Virus record (IMG/VR): IMGVR_UViG_3300036766_001014
Location: 16,841-80,840 of that record
Direction: 5' to 3' (one strand)
Source: a virus
Length of the DNA: 64,000 nt
A program made the position numbers and the translations under genes. Numbering within the stretch: the first letter of the stretch is position 1; every line of letters begins with the position of its first letter. The notes beneath the pieces are model-generated. The model was not told where the DNA came from. It was given only the letters and a program-made list of their open reading frames with translations, and ran no database searches. Positions 35,486 through 44,169 of the stretch are shown piece by piece.

Positions 35486-35932
35486 ATGACAGCAAGGAGA
35501 GCTAAAGGATTCCCGATCAGCCCCAGAGCGGATTTTGTGTTCGTGGCTGACTACGGCCAGCCGGACATGACGGAAGGCGGGCTCATGATCGGCGACAGTG
35601 GCACGGACTACTGGCGCTACAGAGCCAACGATTGGCGATTCGGGGAGGTGATCGCCATCGGCCCCGGTTCTTGGTCGGAGGACGGCAGTCGCCGACTGCC
35701 AATGCCTCGGATCGAAATCGGTGACGTGATCATGTTCAGCCGTAAGCACGGCACACGTCTGCCGGGAGACATGCGCTACAAGCATCCGCTGTACTCCAAG
35801 GGTCCCGCCGCCGACGGCTTGCTCATTCGCGTGCTCGATCCCATGAAGTGCCAGGCAGTCTGCGCCGACTTCAAGCCATGGTGGAACATCCACCTGAGCC
35901 AGCTCGAACCGTCCAACACGATGACGGGCTGA
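35486..35932 (+). CDS. divergent GroES/gp31-like co-chaperonin
   Basis: PRADFVFV, TEGGLMI, GEVIAIGPG, IGDVIMF, with insertions. Confidence 0.75.
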   Translation: MTARRAKGFPISPRADFVFVADYGQPDMTEGGLMIGDSGTDYWRYRANDWRFGEVIAIGPGSWSEDGSRRLPMPRIEIGDVIMFSRKHGTRLPGDMRYKHPLYSKGPAADGLLIRVLDPMKCQAVCADFKPWWNIHLSQLEPSNTMTG

Positions 35933-35933
35933 T

Positions 35934-37133
35934 ATGCAGGCCGACGAGCTGGCATCGCTGCTCCAGGGCGCGGGCGCAGAGCGCGTGCGCGTAATCTCTC
36001 ACTCCAAGGTTTCGTGCGCGTGCCCGCTCGCGCGATGGACGCACCCCAAGGGAGCGGACAATCACCCATCGTTTGTGGCCTTCACCGAGGGCAAGCACGG
36101 AGATCCGATCTACGCCTGCCAGGCGTGCCACGACGAAGGGTCGGTGCGCGACCTGTTGCTATTCCTCTGGAGCAAGGGCGTAGAGGTGTTCCACTGGATC
36201 GAGGTGCTCGACGCTGGCAAGGCGGTTACCAAGCAGGAGGTTGCTGAGGCAACGAAACGATCCGAGCGGCTGCTGGCGAGCGCTGCCAGGTCCGATGTCC
36301 AGGGGTTCCGTGTGATGGCGCCAGTACCGGCGCCGCTCACCCCGATCGTCGAGCGGCTTGCCACGGATAGGCCGTGGTACGACTACAAGTGCCTGGCCGA
36401 GGCCGATGCTGTGCCGGAGATTCCATGGGCCGAGTACGAGCCCTACGTCGGCAACGTGCCGCAGTACGCGCTGGATCGCGGATTGACCGAGGAGACGTGT
36501 CGCGTGTGGGAACTTGGACACGACGTCCAGGGCAAGCGCCTGCTCTTTCCGATTCGTGATCGCCGAGGGCGACTGATCACGATCTCGGGGCGGCTCTACA
36601 CCGAGCGCTGCCCGCGATGCGATGGCGGCTTTCGCACGGGCTGTGGACGGTGCGGGAAGCCGGAGGCCGATCATGCCGAGGGCGGCGACTGCGAGTTCAA
36701 ATCCACCAGGCCGGTGTGCGAGAAGTGCGGACTCGGTGAGCCGCCGAAATACCTGCACCGCAAAGGTTTCCAGCGGAACTTCACGCTCTACGGTGAGCAC
36801 CGCGACGACGACACTGATGGGCGCGTCTACGTGGTCGAGGGTCACCTGGACATGCTCAGGCTGTGGCAGGCCGGATACAGGCCGGTTGTGGCCGTGCTCG
36901 GAACCGGGGTTGGTGAAGCACAGATCGAGAAGATCGTAGCCAGGTGGTCGAAGGTCATTGTCGTGCCCGATGGCGACAAGGCTGGTCGAGACATGGGCGC
37001 TCGGATCAAGCACATGGTGGCCGACAGGATCGGCGTCACGGTCAAGGTCTTGCCAGAGGGCGCGGACCCTGGCGGGATGACCGATTTCGATCTGCAAGAG
37101 CTGCTCGGAAGGCCGCCAGCTCAGATAGCTTGA
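35934..37133 (+). CDS. DNA primase (Zn finger plus TOPRIM)
   Basis: CPLA..H...CQAC; RLLFPIRD; VVEGHLD; DGDKAG; DPG. Confidence 0.9.
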   Translation: MQADELASLLQGAGAERVRVISHSKVSCACPLARWTHPKGADNHPSFVAFTEGKHGDPIYACQACHDEGSVRDLLLFLWSKGVEVFHWIEVLDAGKAVTKQEVAEATKRSERLLASAARSDVQGFRVMAPVPAPLTPIVERLATDRPWYDYKCLAEADAVPEIPWAEYEPYVGNVPQYALDRGLTEETCRVWELGHDVQGKRLLFPIRDRRGRLITISGRLYTERCPRCDGGFRTGCGRCGKPEADHAEGGDCEFKSTRPVCEKCGLGEPPKYLHRKGFQRNFTLYGEHRDDDTDGRVYVVEGHLDMLRLWQAGYRPVVAVLGTGVGEAQIEKIVARWSKVIVVPDGDKAGRDMGARIKHMVADRIGVTVKVLPEGADPGGMTDFDLQELLGRPPAQIA

Positions 37134-37226
37134 CAAAGGCTTGTGCATGAGTAACAAGTCACGAACATTGGTTCGCTAAAGCAAACCTTCAAGTTGTTCC
37201 AAGGAACACGACACAGGAGATTCAGC

Positions 37227-37988
37227 ATGAGTTGGATGGGCACCGGATACAGTGGTCTCGACAAGGTTTACGAGGAGATGGGCGGCAAGGGCGGACCTCG
37301 CCGCGTGTGGATCCCGCCGGGGAAGACGAGCAGGTTCATGTTCCTGGATGACGATCCGTCGAAGTTCTTCGATCATCAGTTCTTCTACAACGGGAACTGG
37401 CGCAACTGGGAGCCGTGCATCGTGCGCAACAAGATCGGCCCGAGCTGCCCGATCTGCGATGCATCCGACAAGAACTACGCCGCCTACGTCGGCCTGCACA
37501 CCGTCATCAACATGACGCCGTGGTTCACGAAGAAGGACGTGGAGGTTTGCTTCAGTCGCGAAATCTTCGCGGCTCGGCTCGGCAGCGATGAGAAGCCGGG
37601 CGTGCTCAAGAAGCTGAAGAAGCTCTCCGAGAAGTACGGCCGACTGCGCGGCCTCGTGTTCGACGTTGAGCGCCCAGGCAAGAAGACCGAGGTCTGCGGT
37701 AGCGAGTTCGAGTTGGTCGAACAAGTCGATCCGAAGGGCATCCGCGAGTACGCGACGGCGCAGCTCAAGGACTACATCGATCGCGTGAACAAGAAGGCGC
37801 CGCCAGACAAGCAGCTCACGATGGAGCAGCAGTGGAAGCGCAACCCGTGGGAGCCGTACACTTTCGAGGAGGTTATCAAACCTCGATCGTACGAGGAGCT
37901 GAAGGGAATGTTCGCCCGCGGCGCTGGAGGCGGACGCGGTGATGGCGATGGCGATACCGGCACCGGTGACGACGAGATCCCGTATTGA
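37227..37988 (+). CDS. single-stranded DNA-binding protein (gp32-like)
   Basis: R.MFLDDDP, CPIC, acidic DDEIPY tail; position in the replication cluster. Confidence 0.75.
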   Translation: MSWMGTGYSGLDKVYEEMGGKGGPRRVWIPPGKTSRFMFLDDDPSKFFDHQFFYNGNWRNWEPCIVRNKIGPSCPICDASDKNYAAYVGLHTVINMTPWFTKKDVEVCFSREIFAARLGSDEKPGVLKKLKKLSEKYGRLRGLVFDVERPGKKTEVCGSEFELVEQVDPKGIREYATAQLKDYIDRVNKKAPPDKQLTMEQQWKRNPWEPYTFEEVIKPRSYEELKGMFARGAGGGRGDGDGDTGTGDDEIPY

Positions 37989-37998
37989 GCAGGCGGGA

Positions 37999-38196
37999 AT
38001 GATCTACCGGGCAAGCGCAAGATTCTTGGCGTGGTGGCAGAAGTTCGCTCACGACCGGCTCGGCTGGCCGGTCGTCACGCCAGGTCAGGCGGTCGGGTTC
38101 GACGGGTGTTCGCACATGACGAGATGCGAGGAGTGCGGCGCCCGCGTGCTGCAAGATAGCAACGGAGATTGGTTTCACGTGGCGGAGCAATGCTAG
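37999..38196 (+). CDS. small hypothetical protein
   Basis: CEECG..VLQDSNGDWF. Confidence 0.55.
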   Translation: MIYRASARFLAWWQKFAHDRLGWPVVTPGQAVGFDGCSHMTRCEECGARVLQDSNGDWFHVAEQC

Positions 38197-38299
38197 TCTC
38201 CGCTGGCGCACCTACGCGGCCGAAGCGGCGGCGGTTTACCCCCCTAGATCGCCTCAACATGCGGCCCGTAGGTGCGTCTTTCAATTTGGTCGATCGATC

Positions 38300-41128
38300 A
38301 TGAGGGTTCGCGTGTCCGGACTGGTCTGGGTGCCGAAGGCAGAGCTGGGAAACAGCCTGGCCCAGCTCAAGAAGGCGCTGACCATCGTGCCGAGAAAGTC
38401 GGCGTACGCGGATAGCGAGCCGCCGACGCCGGTACCGTGCTGGGCGGAGACGCTCGATGAGTTCGGGTTGCCGAGGGACTACTTTTTTGGGAGCGCCAAA
38501 CAGCAGCACGACATCGTTTGGGAGCTGTCCGAGGGCAGCCCAATATCGATCCAAAGCAACCTGCGACAGACGGGCGACTACGCCGAGCAGGCGCTCGCGC
38601 TGGATACGCTGGAGGCATGGTTTCGCGGCTTCGATACCGCGGCCGATCCTATTTCCGCCGGTCTGCATCTTGGGGCCATCCTCCAGGCTGATCCTGGATT
38701 CGGAAAGACCGCGTCCGCCCTGGAGCTGGCGCGCAGGCTCGGGCGCACGACCCTGATCATCGTCCACAAGGAGTTCTTGCTGACGCAGTGGCAGCGACGC
38801 ATCGAAGCGTTCTTTCCGGACGCCAAGATCGGAATCGTGCGAGAGGACGTGTGCGACTTCGAGGGCAAGGACATCGTGCTGGCGATGGTGCAGTCGCTGG
38901 CGCTCGAAGGGGCAGATGGCAAGCAGCGGTATCCGCTGGCGTTATACAGGCACTTCGGGCTGATCGTGATCGATGAGTGCTTCGTTGCCGGAACCATGGT
39001 CGAGACGCCCGGTGGGCCACGGCCGATAGAGGGCATTCGGCCAGGAGACGCTGTCCTAAACGCCGTGGGGCTAGGTAGCGTTGACCGGGTTACGACCAAG
39101 CGCGTCGCCGTGGACCGGCTTGTCGTGGTTCGCATTGACGACGGCAGCGAGTTCGTTTGCACGGATGAGCATCCGTGGCTGACCCCGCACGGGTGGACGA
39201 AGGCCGCAGAGCTTACTCCTGGGGACGCGCTCGTTGCATTCTCCGAGAGCACTGATACCATGTCAAGACATGGATATAGCATGCGAGGTGTGCGGGACCC
39301 CTTGCAAACCGAGGCTCGACCGGCGTCCAAGGTTCTGCTCGCAGCGATGCTGCGGGTTGGCCAAGGCGAAGCGGCAGAGGCCATGCGAGGCGTGCGGTCA
39401 AGAGGTTGCGAGGAAGGGGAATCGGTTCTGTTCCGTTGTCTGTCAGAGGAGCTGTCACCAGCGGTTCATGGGAACGCCGGAGATGCGAGCGCGGATGTCA
39501 GAGAACGCGAGGCGCCAGCACGCGAAAGACCCAGGTCTTGCAAGGAGATCGTCGGAGCGCATGGTCACGCAGAACCCAATGGCAGATCAGGCGACCAGGA
39601 GGCTTGTGTCGAGCAAGCTCAAGGCAATGAAGTATCGCCCGGTGAGCCGAGGCGGGAACGGACGCGGTCTTACGGTTCCTCAGCAAGCTCTGTTGGAGGC
39701 GCTGGGCCACGGCTGGGCGCCGGAACTGGCGGTTCCAACCAAGATGTCGCGGGGGAGCGGCTATCCGACGTCCTACAAGCTGGATTTGGGGAACACGGCG
39801 CTGAAACTCGGGATCGAGGTGGACGGGCCCTCGCACGACAGCCCGAGAGCGAGAGCGAAGGATGGGAAAAAGAGCGCACTGCTGGCCACGCTCGGGTGGC
39901 GAGTGTTGCGCGTGCGGAACGAAGCGATCTTGAGCGACGCGGCATCCGCGTTGGCGACGATTCGCGTGTGGATGTCTTCAACCTGAGCGTCTCTGGCCAT
40001 CCGTCGTATGTGTTGGCGAATGGCTTGGTGGTGCACAACTGTCACCGCATCGGGGCTCTCACGTGGAGCCAGGTGCCGAAGATGTTCTCGGCGAAGTGGT
40101 TGCTCGGACTGACCGCGACGCCGAGGCGCAGAGATGGAGCGGACAAGGTGTTCTGGTGGAACATCGGCCAGATCCGGTACGCGGCCAAGACCAAGCGGCC
40201 GGTCCTCAGCGTGCGCATGGTGATGGCGAACGTATCGGGCCCGGACATCCTGCGCAGGGACGTCTCGCCGAGCATCATCGTCAACGTCCTGGCCAAGCTG
40301 TCTGGGCGCAACCGGATCATTGTGCAGGAGATCATCGGAGCGCTGAAGTCGCCGTCCGGGCGCAAGATCATGGTGCTGAGCGAGCGGCTCGAACATCTCC
40401 GTGAGCTTGACTCATTGCTGCGACAGGAAGCGGACAGGGCTGGGATCGAGGTCTCAACCGGGTTCTACACGGGCGAGTGGTTCACCGGCGATCGCAGCGA
40501 GAAGCTCGCGCAAGGCCACTGGGACATGAACAACGGCGGTCGCAAGAAGGCGGAGGACGCAATCTACACGTCTCTCTCCAGGCGGAAGCTGGAGTCAGAC
40601 GAGGCCAGGGCCGTGGACAAGGATCAGGACGGGACGAAAGTGATCGTCTTCAACGGCGGCGAACGGGTGCCGCTGAGCGACTTGCCCGAGCAGGCGCTGT
40701 ATTCCCTCGCGCGCAGCTATGACATCAAGCAGAAGGTGACCGAGAAGAAGCGTCGCAGGACCGAGGAGGAGCTGGCCGAGGCTGAGCGAGCCCGCGTGAT
40801 CTGGGCTACGTATCAGATGACTTCTGAAGGTATCGACATCCCGGCGGTGGACACGATCGGATTCGCGACGCCAATCAGCGACGTCGAGCAGTCATACGGC
40901 CGCGGTCGGCGCGTCTGCGTGCCCGTGGCGCACGGCGGCGACAAGACTCCGGAGGCATGTACGCGACTGTGTTCTTGGCGGGCGGCGACCTGCACCGGTA
41001 AGCCGGTTGGAATGGCATTTGACGTGGTAGACGTACAAGTCCCGCTCGCGACCAGGCGCAGCAAGTACCGGCGGGAGTTTTACGAGAGCGTAGGGGCTCG
41101 CGTCGTAGATATTGACACTCGCAAATAA
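38300..41128 (+). CDS. SF2 DExH helicase (UvsW/Rad25-like) with intein
   Basis: PGFGKT; IVIDE[intein]CH; GLTATPRR.DG; EGIDIP; QSYGRGRR. Confidence 0.9.
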   Translation: MRVRVSGLVWVPKAELGNSLAQLKKALTIVPRKSAYADSEPPTPVPCWAETLDEFGLPRDYFFGSAKQQHDIVWELSEGSPISIQSNLRQTGDYAEQALALDTLEAWFRGFDTAADPISAGLHLGAILQADPGFGKTASALELARRLGRTTLIIVHKEFLLTQWQRRIEAFFPDAKIGIVREDVCDFEGKDIVLAMVQSLALEGADGKQRYPLALYRHFGLIVIDECFVAGTMVETPGGPRPIEGIRPGDAVLNAVGLGSVDRVTTKRVAVDRLVVVRIDDGSEFVCTDEHPWLTPHGWTKAAELTPGDALVAFSESTDTMSRHGYSMRGVRDPLQTEARPASKVLLAAMLRVGQGEAAEAMRGVRSRGCEEGESVLFRCLSEELSPAVHGNAGDASADVREREAPARERPRSCKEIVGAHGHAEPNGRSGDQEACVEQAQGNEVSPGEPRRERTRSYGSSASSVGGAGPRLGAGTGGSNQDVAGERLSDVLQAGFGEHGAETRDRGGRALARQPESESEGWEKERTAGHARVASVARAERSDLERRGIRVGDDSRVDVFNLSVSGHPSYVLANGLVVHNCHRIGALTWSQVPKMFSAKWLLGLTATPRRRDGADKVFWWNIGQIRYAAKTKRPVLSVRMVMANVSGPDILRRDVSPSIIVNVLAKLSGRNRIIVQEIIGALKSPSGRKIMVLSERLEHLRELDSLLRQEADRAGIEVSTGFYTGEWFTGDRSEKLAQGHWDMNNGGRKKAEDAIYTSLSRRKLESDEARAVDKDQDGTKVIVFNGGERVPLSDLPEQALYSLARSYDIKQKVTEKKRRRTEEELAEAERARVIWATYQMTSEGIDIPAVDTIGFATPISDVEQSYGRGRRVCVPVAHGGDKTPEACTRLCSWRAATCTGKPVGMAFDVVDVQVPLATRRSKYRREFYESVGARVVDIDTRK
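39234..39261 (+). promoter_or_regulatory. putative internal promoter TTGCAT-N16-TACCAT (TGn extended)
   Basis: ATG 39270 is 8 nt downstream, the same leaderless geometry as other promoters here. Confidence 0.5.
39270..39986 (+). CDS. overprinted Zn-finger plus DUF559/Vsr-like endonuclease (+1 frame inside the intein)
   Basis: CEVCG..RFCSQRC, CEACG..RFCSVVC; YKLDLG...IEVDGPSH...GWRVLRVRN; GC-rich third positions in this frame. Confidence 0.85.
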   Translation: MDIACEVCGTPCKPRLDRRPRFCSQRCCGLAKAKRQRPCEACGQEVARKGNRFCSVVCQRSCHQRFMGTPEMRARMSENARRQHAKDPGLARRSSERMVTQNPMADQATRRLVSSKLKAMKYRPVSRGGNGRGLTVPQQALLEALGHGWAPELAVPTKMSRGSGYPTSYKLDLGNTALKLGIEVDGPSHDSPRARAKDGKKSALLATLGWRVLRVRNEAILSDAASALATIRVWMSST

Positions 41129-41139
41129 TGATGTAAGTT
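41112..41139 (+). promoter_or_regulatory. promoter TTGACA-N16-TAAGTT
   Basis: TG before the -10; GGAGG RBS downstream. Confidence 0.6.
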
Positions 41140-41171
41140 GGTGGGTAACAGCCAGATTCGGAGGTCGAGCG

Positions 41172-41717
41172 ATGCCGAACAAACCCGGCTATTTTGAAAA
41201 GTATTACGAGGAGAACAAGGGCAAGATCAGCTCCAATCGGAAGCGGAAGTACGAATCCGATCCGGAGTACAGATCGCGCGTGATGGCGGCCTCGCGCGAC
41301 TATCGCGAGACACATAGGTCAGAAGACCGCATCCGCATGCCGCGCTATCAGAAGCCGATCATCGAGAAGGCTGGCGACGAAAGCGACGTTGTGCTGTTCA
41401 GCGTTGGCGCGATGGCGGTATACCTGGACCGCAGCGTTCAGGCGATCAACCACTGGGAGCGCGCTGGAATTCTGCCTCCGACACCGTACCGCGACGAGCG
41501 CGGCTTTAGGTTCTATACGACCGACATGATGGCGGCCGTGCGCGATGCCGTGGGCAACAAGCGCCGTCTGTTCCCGGTCGATCCGCAGATGAGGGAGAAT
41601 GTGCTTAGGGCGTGGAAAGAGTGCGGCGTTCCGGTCAAGGCCCAGAGCATGAAGGCGGCCCTGGCGAACACGGTCGCTGTCCCGCAGCGTCGGCCCTCGC
41701 GCGCGACCGCGAAGTGA
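41172..41717 (+). CDS. MerR-like HTH DNA-binding protein
   Basis: FSVGAMA..LDRS.QAINHWE..GILP..RDERGFRFYT. Confidence 0.75.
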   Translation: MPNKPGYFEKYYEENKGKISSNRKRKYESDPEYRSRVMAASRDYRETHRSEDRIRMPRYQKPIIEKAGDESDVVLFSVGAMAVYLDRSVQAINHWERAGILPPTPYRDERGFRFYTTDMMAAVRDAVGNKRRLFPVDPQMRENVLRAWKECGVPVKAQSMKAALANTVAVPQRRPSRATAK

Positions 41718-41722
41718 ATGGC

Positions 41723-42067
41723 ATGGCAGAAGAAACAAAGAGCACGATCGCTGCGCCGATCGTTGTGACCGTTGATCATCGGTTTGTGCGAGCCAATGGC
41801 AGCACGCTCTGCGTGACCAAGAGCGAGGATCTGTCGGAGACAAAGGAGTTCGCGACGAGGCCAGCGGTTGTGCGCCGCGCGTTCGGAGTGACCCTGAACC
41901 AGGGCAACTACGAATCGTCTCGCATAGACGTCAGCGTGGAAGTTCCTTGCTACTTAGAGGATTTGGAGCGCGCCGATGAGTTCGCGCGTGACTTCTGTGA
42001 ACAGCGTCTGCGCGCCGAGGTCATGCTCATCAAGCCAGAGAAGAAGTCCGCAGCAGGGCCGTTCTAG
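41723..42067 (+). CDS. hypothetical phage protein
   Basis: G.TLNQGNYES.RIDV. Confidence 0.7.
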   Translation: MAEETKSTIAAPIVVTVDHRFVRANGSTLCVTKSEDLSETKEFATRPAVVRRAFGVTLNQGNYESSRIDVSVEVPCYLEDLERADEFARDFCEQRLRAEVMLIKPEKKSAAGPF

Positions 42068-42076
42068 GAAAACTCG

Positions 42077-43348
42077 ATGACGGCAACAAAGCTCACGCAG
42101 GTAGCCAAGACGCTACAGGCCAAGTATGGCAGCGGCGCCATTGGCCGTGGCGACACGACTCCATCCGAGGATCGCAGAATGACCACCGGGTCATTGCGGC
42201 TTGACGCAGTGCTGGGCGGAGGCATCCGGGTCGGATGGGTGACGTCGTTCTATGGGGAGAAGTCCGGCGGCAAGAGCACGACCGCCATCCGCTGCATGGG
42301 GATCGCGCAGAACCATTGCCGCAACTGTCTGCGGCCGGTCAAGGACGTGCAGGCGGCTCCGCCAGAAGGGGTCGCGTCGGAGGACGTCAAGACATCTCGG
42401 TGGGGCGCAACCGGAACGTGTACCTGCTATGCCGAGGGGCTCTATCAGCCAGATCCTCCGCCAAAGGAAACCGGCGAGTCGCCCAAGGTCTACCGCGAGC
42501 GGGTCGAAGCCTGGATAGAGAAGCTCAAGGACAACTCCTACGAGGAGATGGTCTGTGCCTGGATCGACATGGAGCACTCGTTCGACAAGGGTTGGGCGGT
42601 CAGGCTCGGCCTCGACACGCGCCGCTTGCTCTACGTGAGGCCGGAGTCGGCCGAGGAGTCGCTCGACATCATTGCTGCCCTGATTGGCACGATCGAAGTG
42701 GACATGCTGTGCATCGACTCGATCGCGAACCTCACTCCGACCAAGGAGCTGACGGACTCGATGGAGCAATGGCAGCAAGGTCTCCAGGCGAGGCTGGTCA
42801 ACAAGGGCATTCGCAAGCTCATCACCGGATCGTCATCGGTAGCCAACGCGCATCGGACAATCACGCAAATCTGGATCAACCAGGTGCGTGACAAGATCAC
42901 GATGTTCGGCGATCCGACCGTGAAGCCGGGCGGCAAGGGCCAGGAGTTTGCGGTTCATGCAGAGGTGAAGTTCAGCAAGTCCAAGATCGAAATGGACACC
43001 GAGCAGTACGGCGCGAAGGACGAGGTTATCAAGATCCCGCGCATGGAGACGTTTTCGTTCAAGTGCACCAAGAACAGGACGGCCGGTACGAAGGACTCGG
43101 AGGGATTCTACATACAGCGCGTGCGAGACACCGAGGCCGGGAAAGCTGGCGAGATCGTAGATGGCGAGGAGGTCTACGCGCTTGCGATGCACTACCTCGT
43201 TGATTCGAGCAAGAAGGGCGCCTATCGGCTCGCCGATCGTGAGTACACGAGTCAGAAGGCCATTGCCGTCGATCTTCGAGATGACGCCGGTCTCTATTCG
43301 GCCGTACGCGCCGCACTGCTAGCCAAGCTGATCAAGGGCGCGCGGTGA
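42077..43348 (+). CDS. recA: RecA/UvsX recombinase with Cys-rich insertion
   Basis: TGSL.LD..LGGG, GEKSGGKST, IDMEHS.D, IDSIANL, QARL, INQVR, PGG. Confidence 0.92.
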   Translation: MTATKLTQVAKTLQAKYGSGAIGRGDTTPSEDRRMTTGSLRLDAVLGGGIRVGWVTSFYGEKSGGKSTTAIRCMGIAQNHCRNCLRPVKDVQAAPPEGVASEDVKTSRWGATGTCTCYAEGLYQPDPPPKETGESPKVYRERVEAWIEKLKDNSYEEMVCAWIDMEHSFDKGWAVRLGLDTRRLLYVRPESAEESLDIIAALIGTIEVDMLCIDSIANLTPTKELTDSMEQWQQGLQARLVNKGIRKLITGSSSVANAHRTITQIWINQVRDKITMFGDPTVKPGGKGQEFAVHAEVKFSKSKIEMDTEQYGAKDEVIKIPRMETFSFKCTKNRTAGTKDSEGFYIQRVRDTEAGKAGEIVDGEEVYALAMHYLVDSSKKGAYRLADREYTSQKAIAVDLRDDAGLYSAVRAALLAKLIKGAR

Positions 43349-43351
43349 CAC

Positions 43352-43798
43352 GTGGTAGATCGATCAAAACCACGGCACGTGCCGCCGCTGCTCCAGGATC
43401 CGGCTGCGGTCAGCAAGCGCGACTCGAACATCCGTAAGCCGAGCCGACAAGAGAAGTCCGTGGCCGTGGCCGTAGGCGGCAGACGTCAGCCTGGGTCCGG
43501 CGCCTTCTCTGGATTGAAGGGCGACGTTCGGCGCTCAGGCCGGTTTCCAATGCTTGTCGAGTGCAAGCGGGTATCCGGCCAGGAAAGCATCCGCGTCGAG
43601 CTGAAGCATCTGGCCAAGATCACCGCCGAGGCCCTCGACAAGGGAGCCAACCCGGCGCTGTCCATTCAGTTTGATGAGGATGTTACCAGGGCGCTCTCGC
43701 TAAGGCTTGGTTTTGCGCCAGCGAGCGCTGACTGGATCGCGGTGCCGCTGTCCGTGTTCAGAGCAATGCTCGAAACGCTTGGCGAGGAGGCGCTGTGA
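43352..43798 (+). CDS. PD-(D/E)XK nuclease, Hjc-like resolvase
   Basis: QE..VA..GG.RQPGSGA...KGDV...VECK. Confidence 0.75.
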   Translation: MVDRSKPRHVPPLLQDPAAVSKRDSNIRKPSRQEKSVAVAVGGRRQPGSGAFSGLKGDVRRSGRFPMLVECKRVSGQESIRVELKHLAKITAEALDKGANPALSIQFDEDVTRALSLRLGFAPASADWIAVPLSVFRAMLETLGEEAL

Positions 43799-44169
43799 GC
43801 ACGCTGGTAGAAGACATGCTTGGCAAGGCCGTGAAGCGGGTAGGGCGCATCAAGAAGCCGGACTGGTTGGCCTACCATCTCCATGGCGACCACTGGGAAC
43901 AGGTGTCGGCCGCAATGATGGTCGTGCTCGACGAGGCAAAGGGACATGGGGCGAAAAAACCGCTCGCCCTTCTGCAAGAGCTGGCGTTTTCCAAGTCTCT
44001 TGAGCCGTCCGAGCGGGGGAGCGTGGCGCTGCAAACAGTTGCGCTGTGGCTCACGAGCACGCGCATCCACGCCGAGTCGTACGCGAAAGACAAGAACGAA
44101 ACCGATCGTCGAGTGCTTGAACAGCGCGGGCTGATCAAAAGGAGCGAGGATGCTGAAGGACGTCCTTGA
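43795..44169 (+). CDS. hypothetical protein
   Basis: GAGGAGG RBS; GTGA overlap. Confidence 0.6.
   Translation: MSTLVEDMLGKAVKRVGRIKKPDWLAYHLHGDHWEQVSAAMMVVLDEAKGHGAKKPLALLQELAFSKSLEPSERGSVALQTVALWLTSTRIHAESYAKDKNETDRRVLEQRGLIKRSEDAEGRP

Larger units (their letters stand above)
38978..40039 (+). mobile_element. intein (354 aa) in the helicase DECH motif; no in-frame endonuclease
   Basis: CFVAGTMV, CTDEHPW..GW, VFNLSV.GHPSY..NGLVVHN/C; central region looks disordered. Confidence 0.93.
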
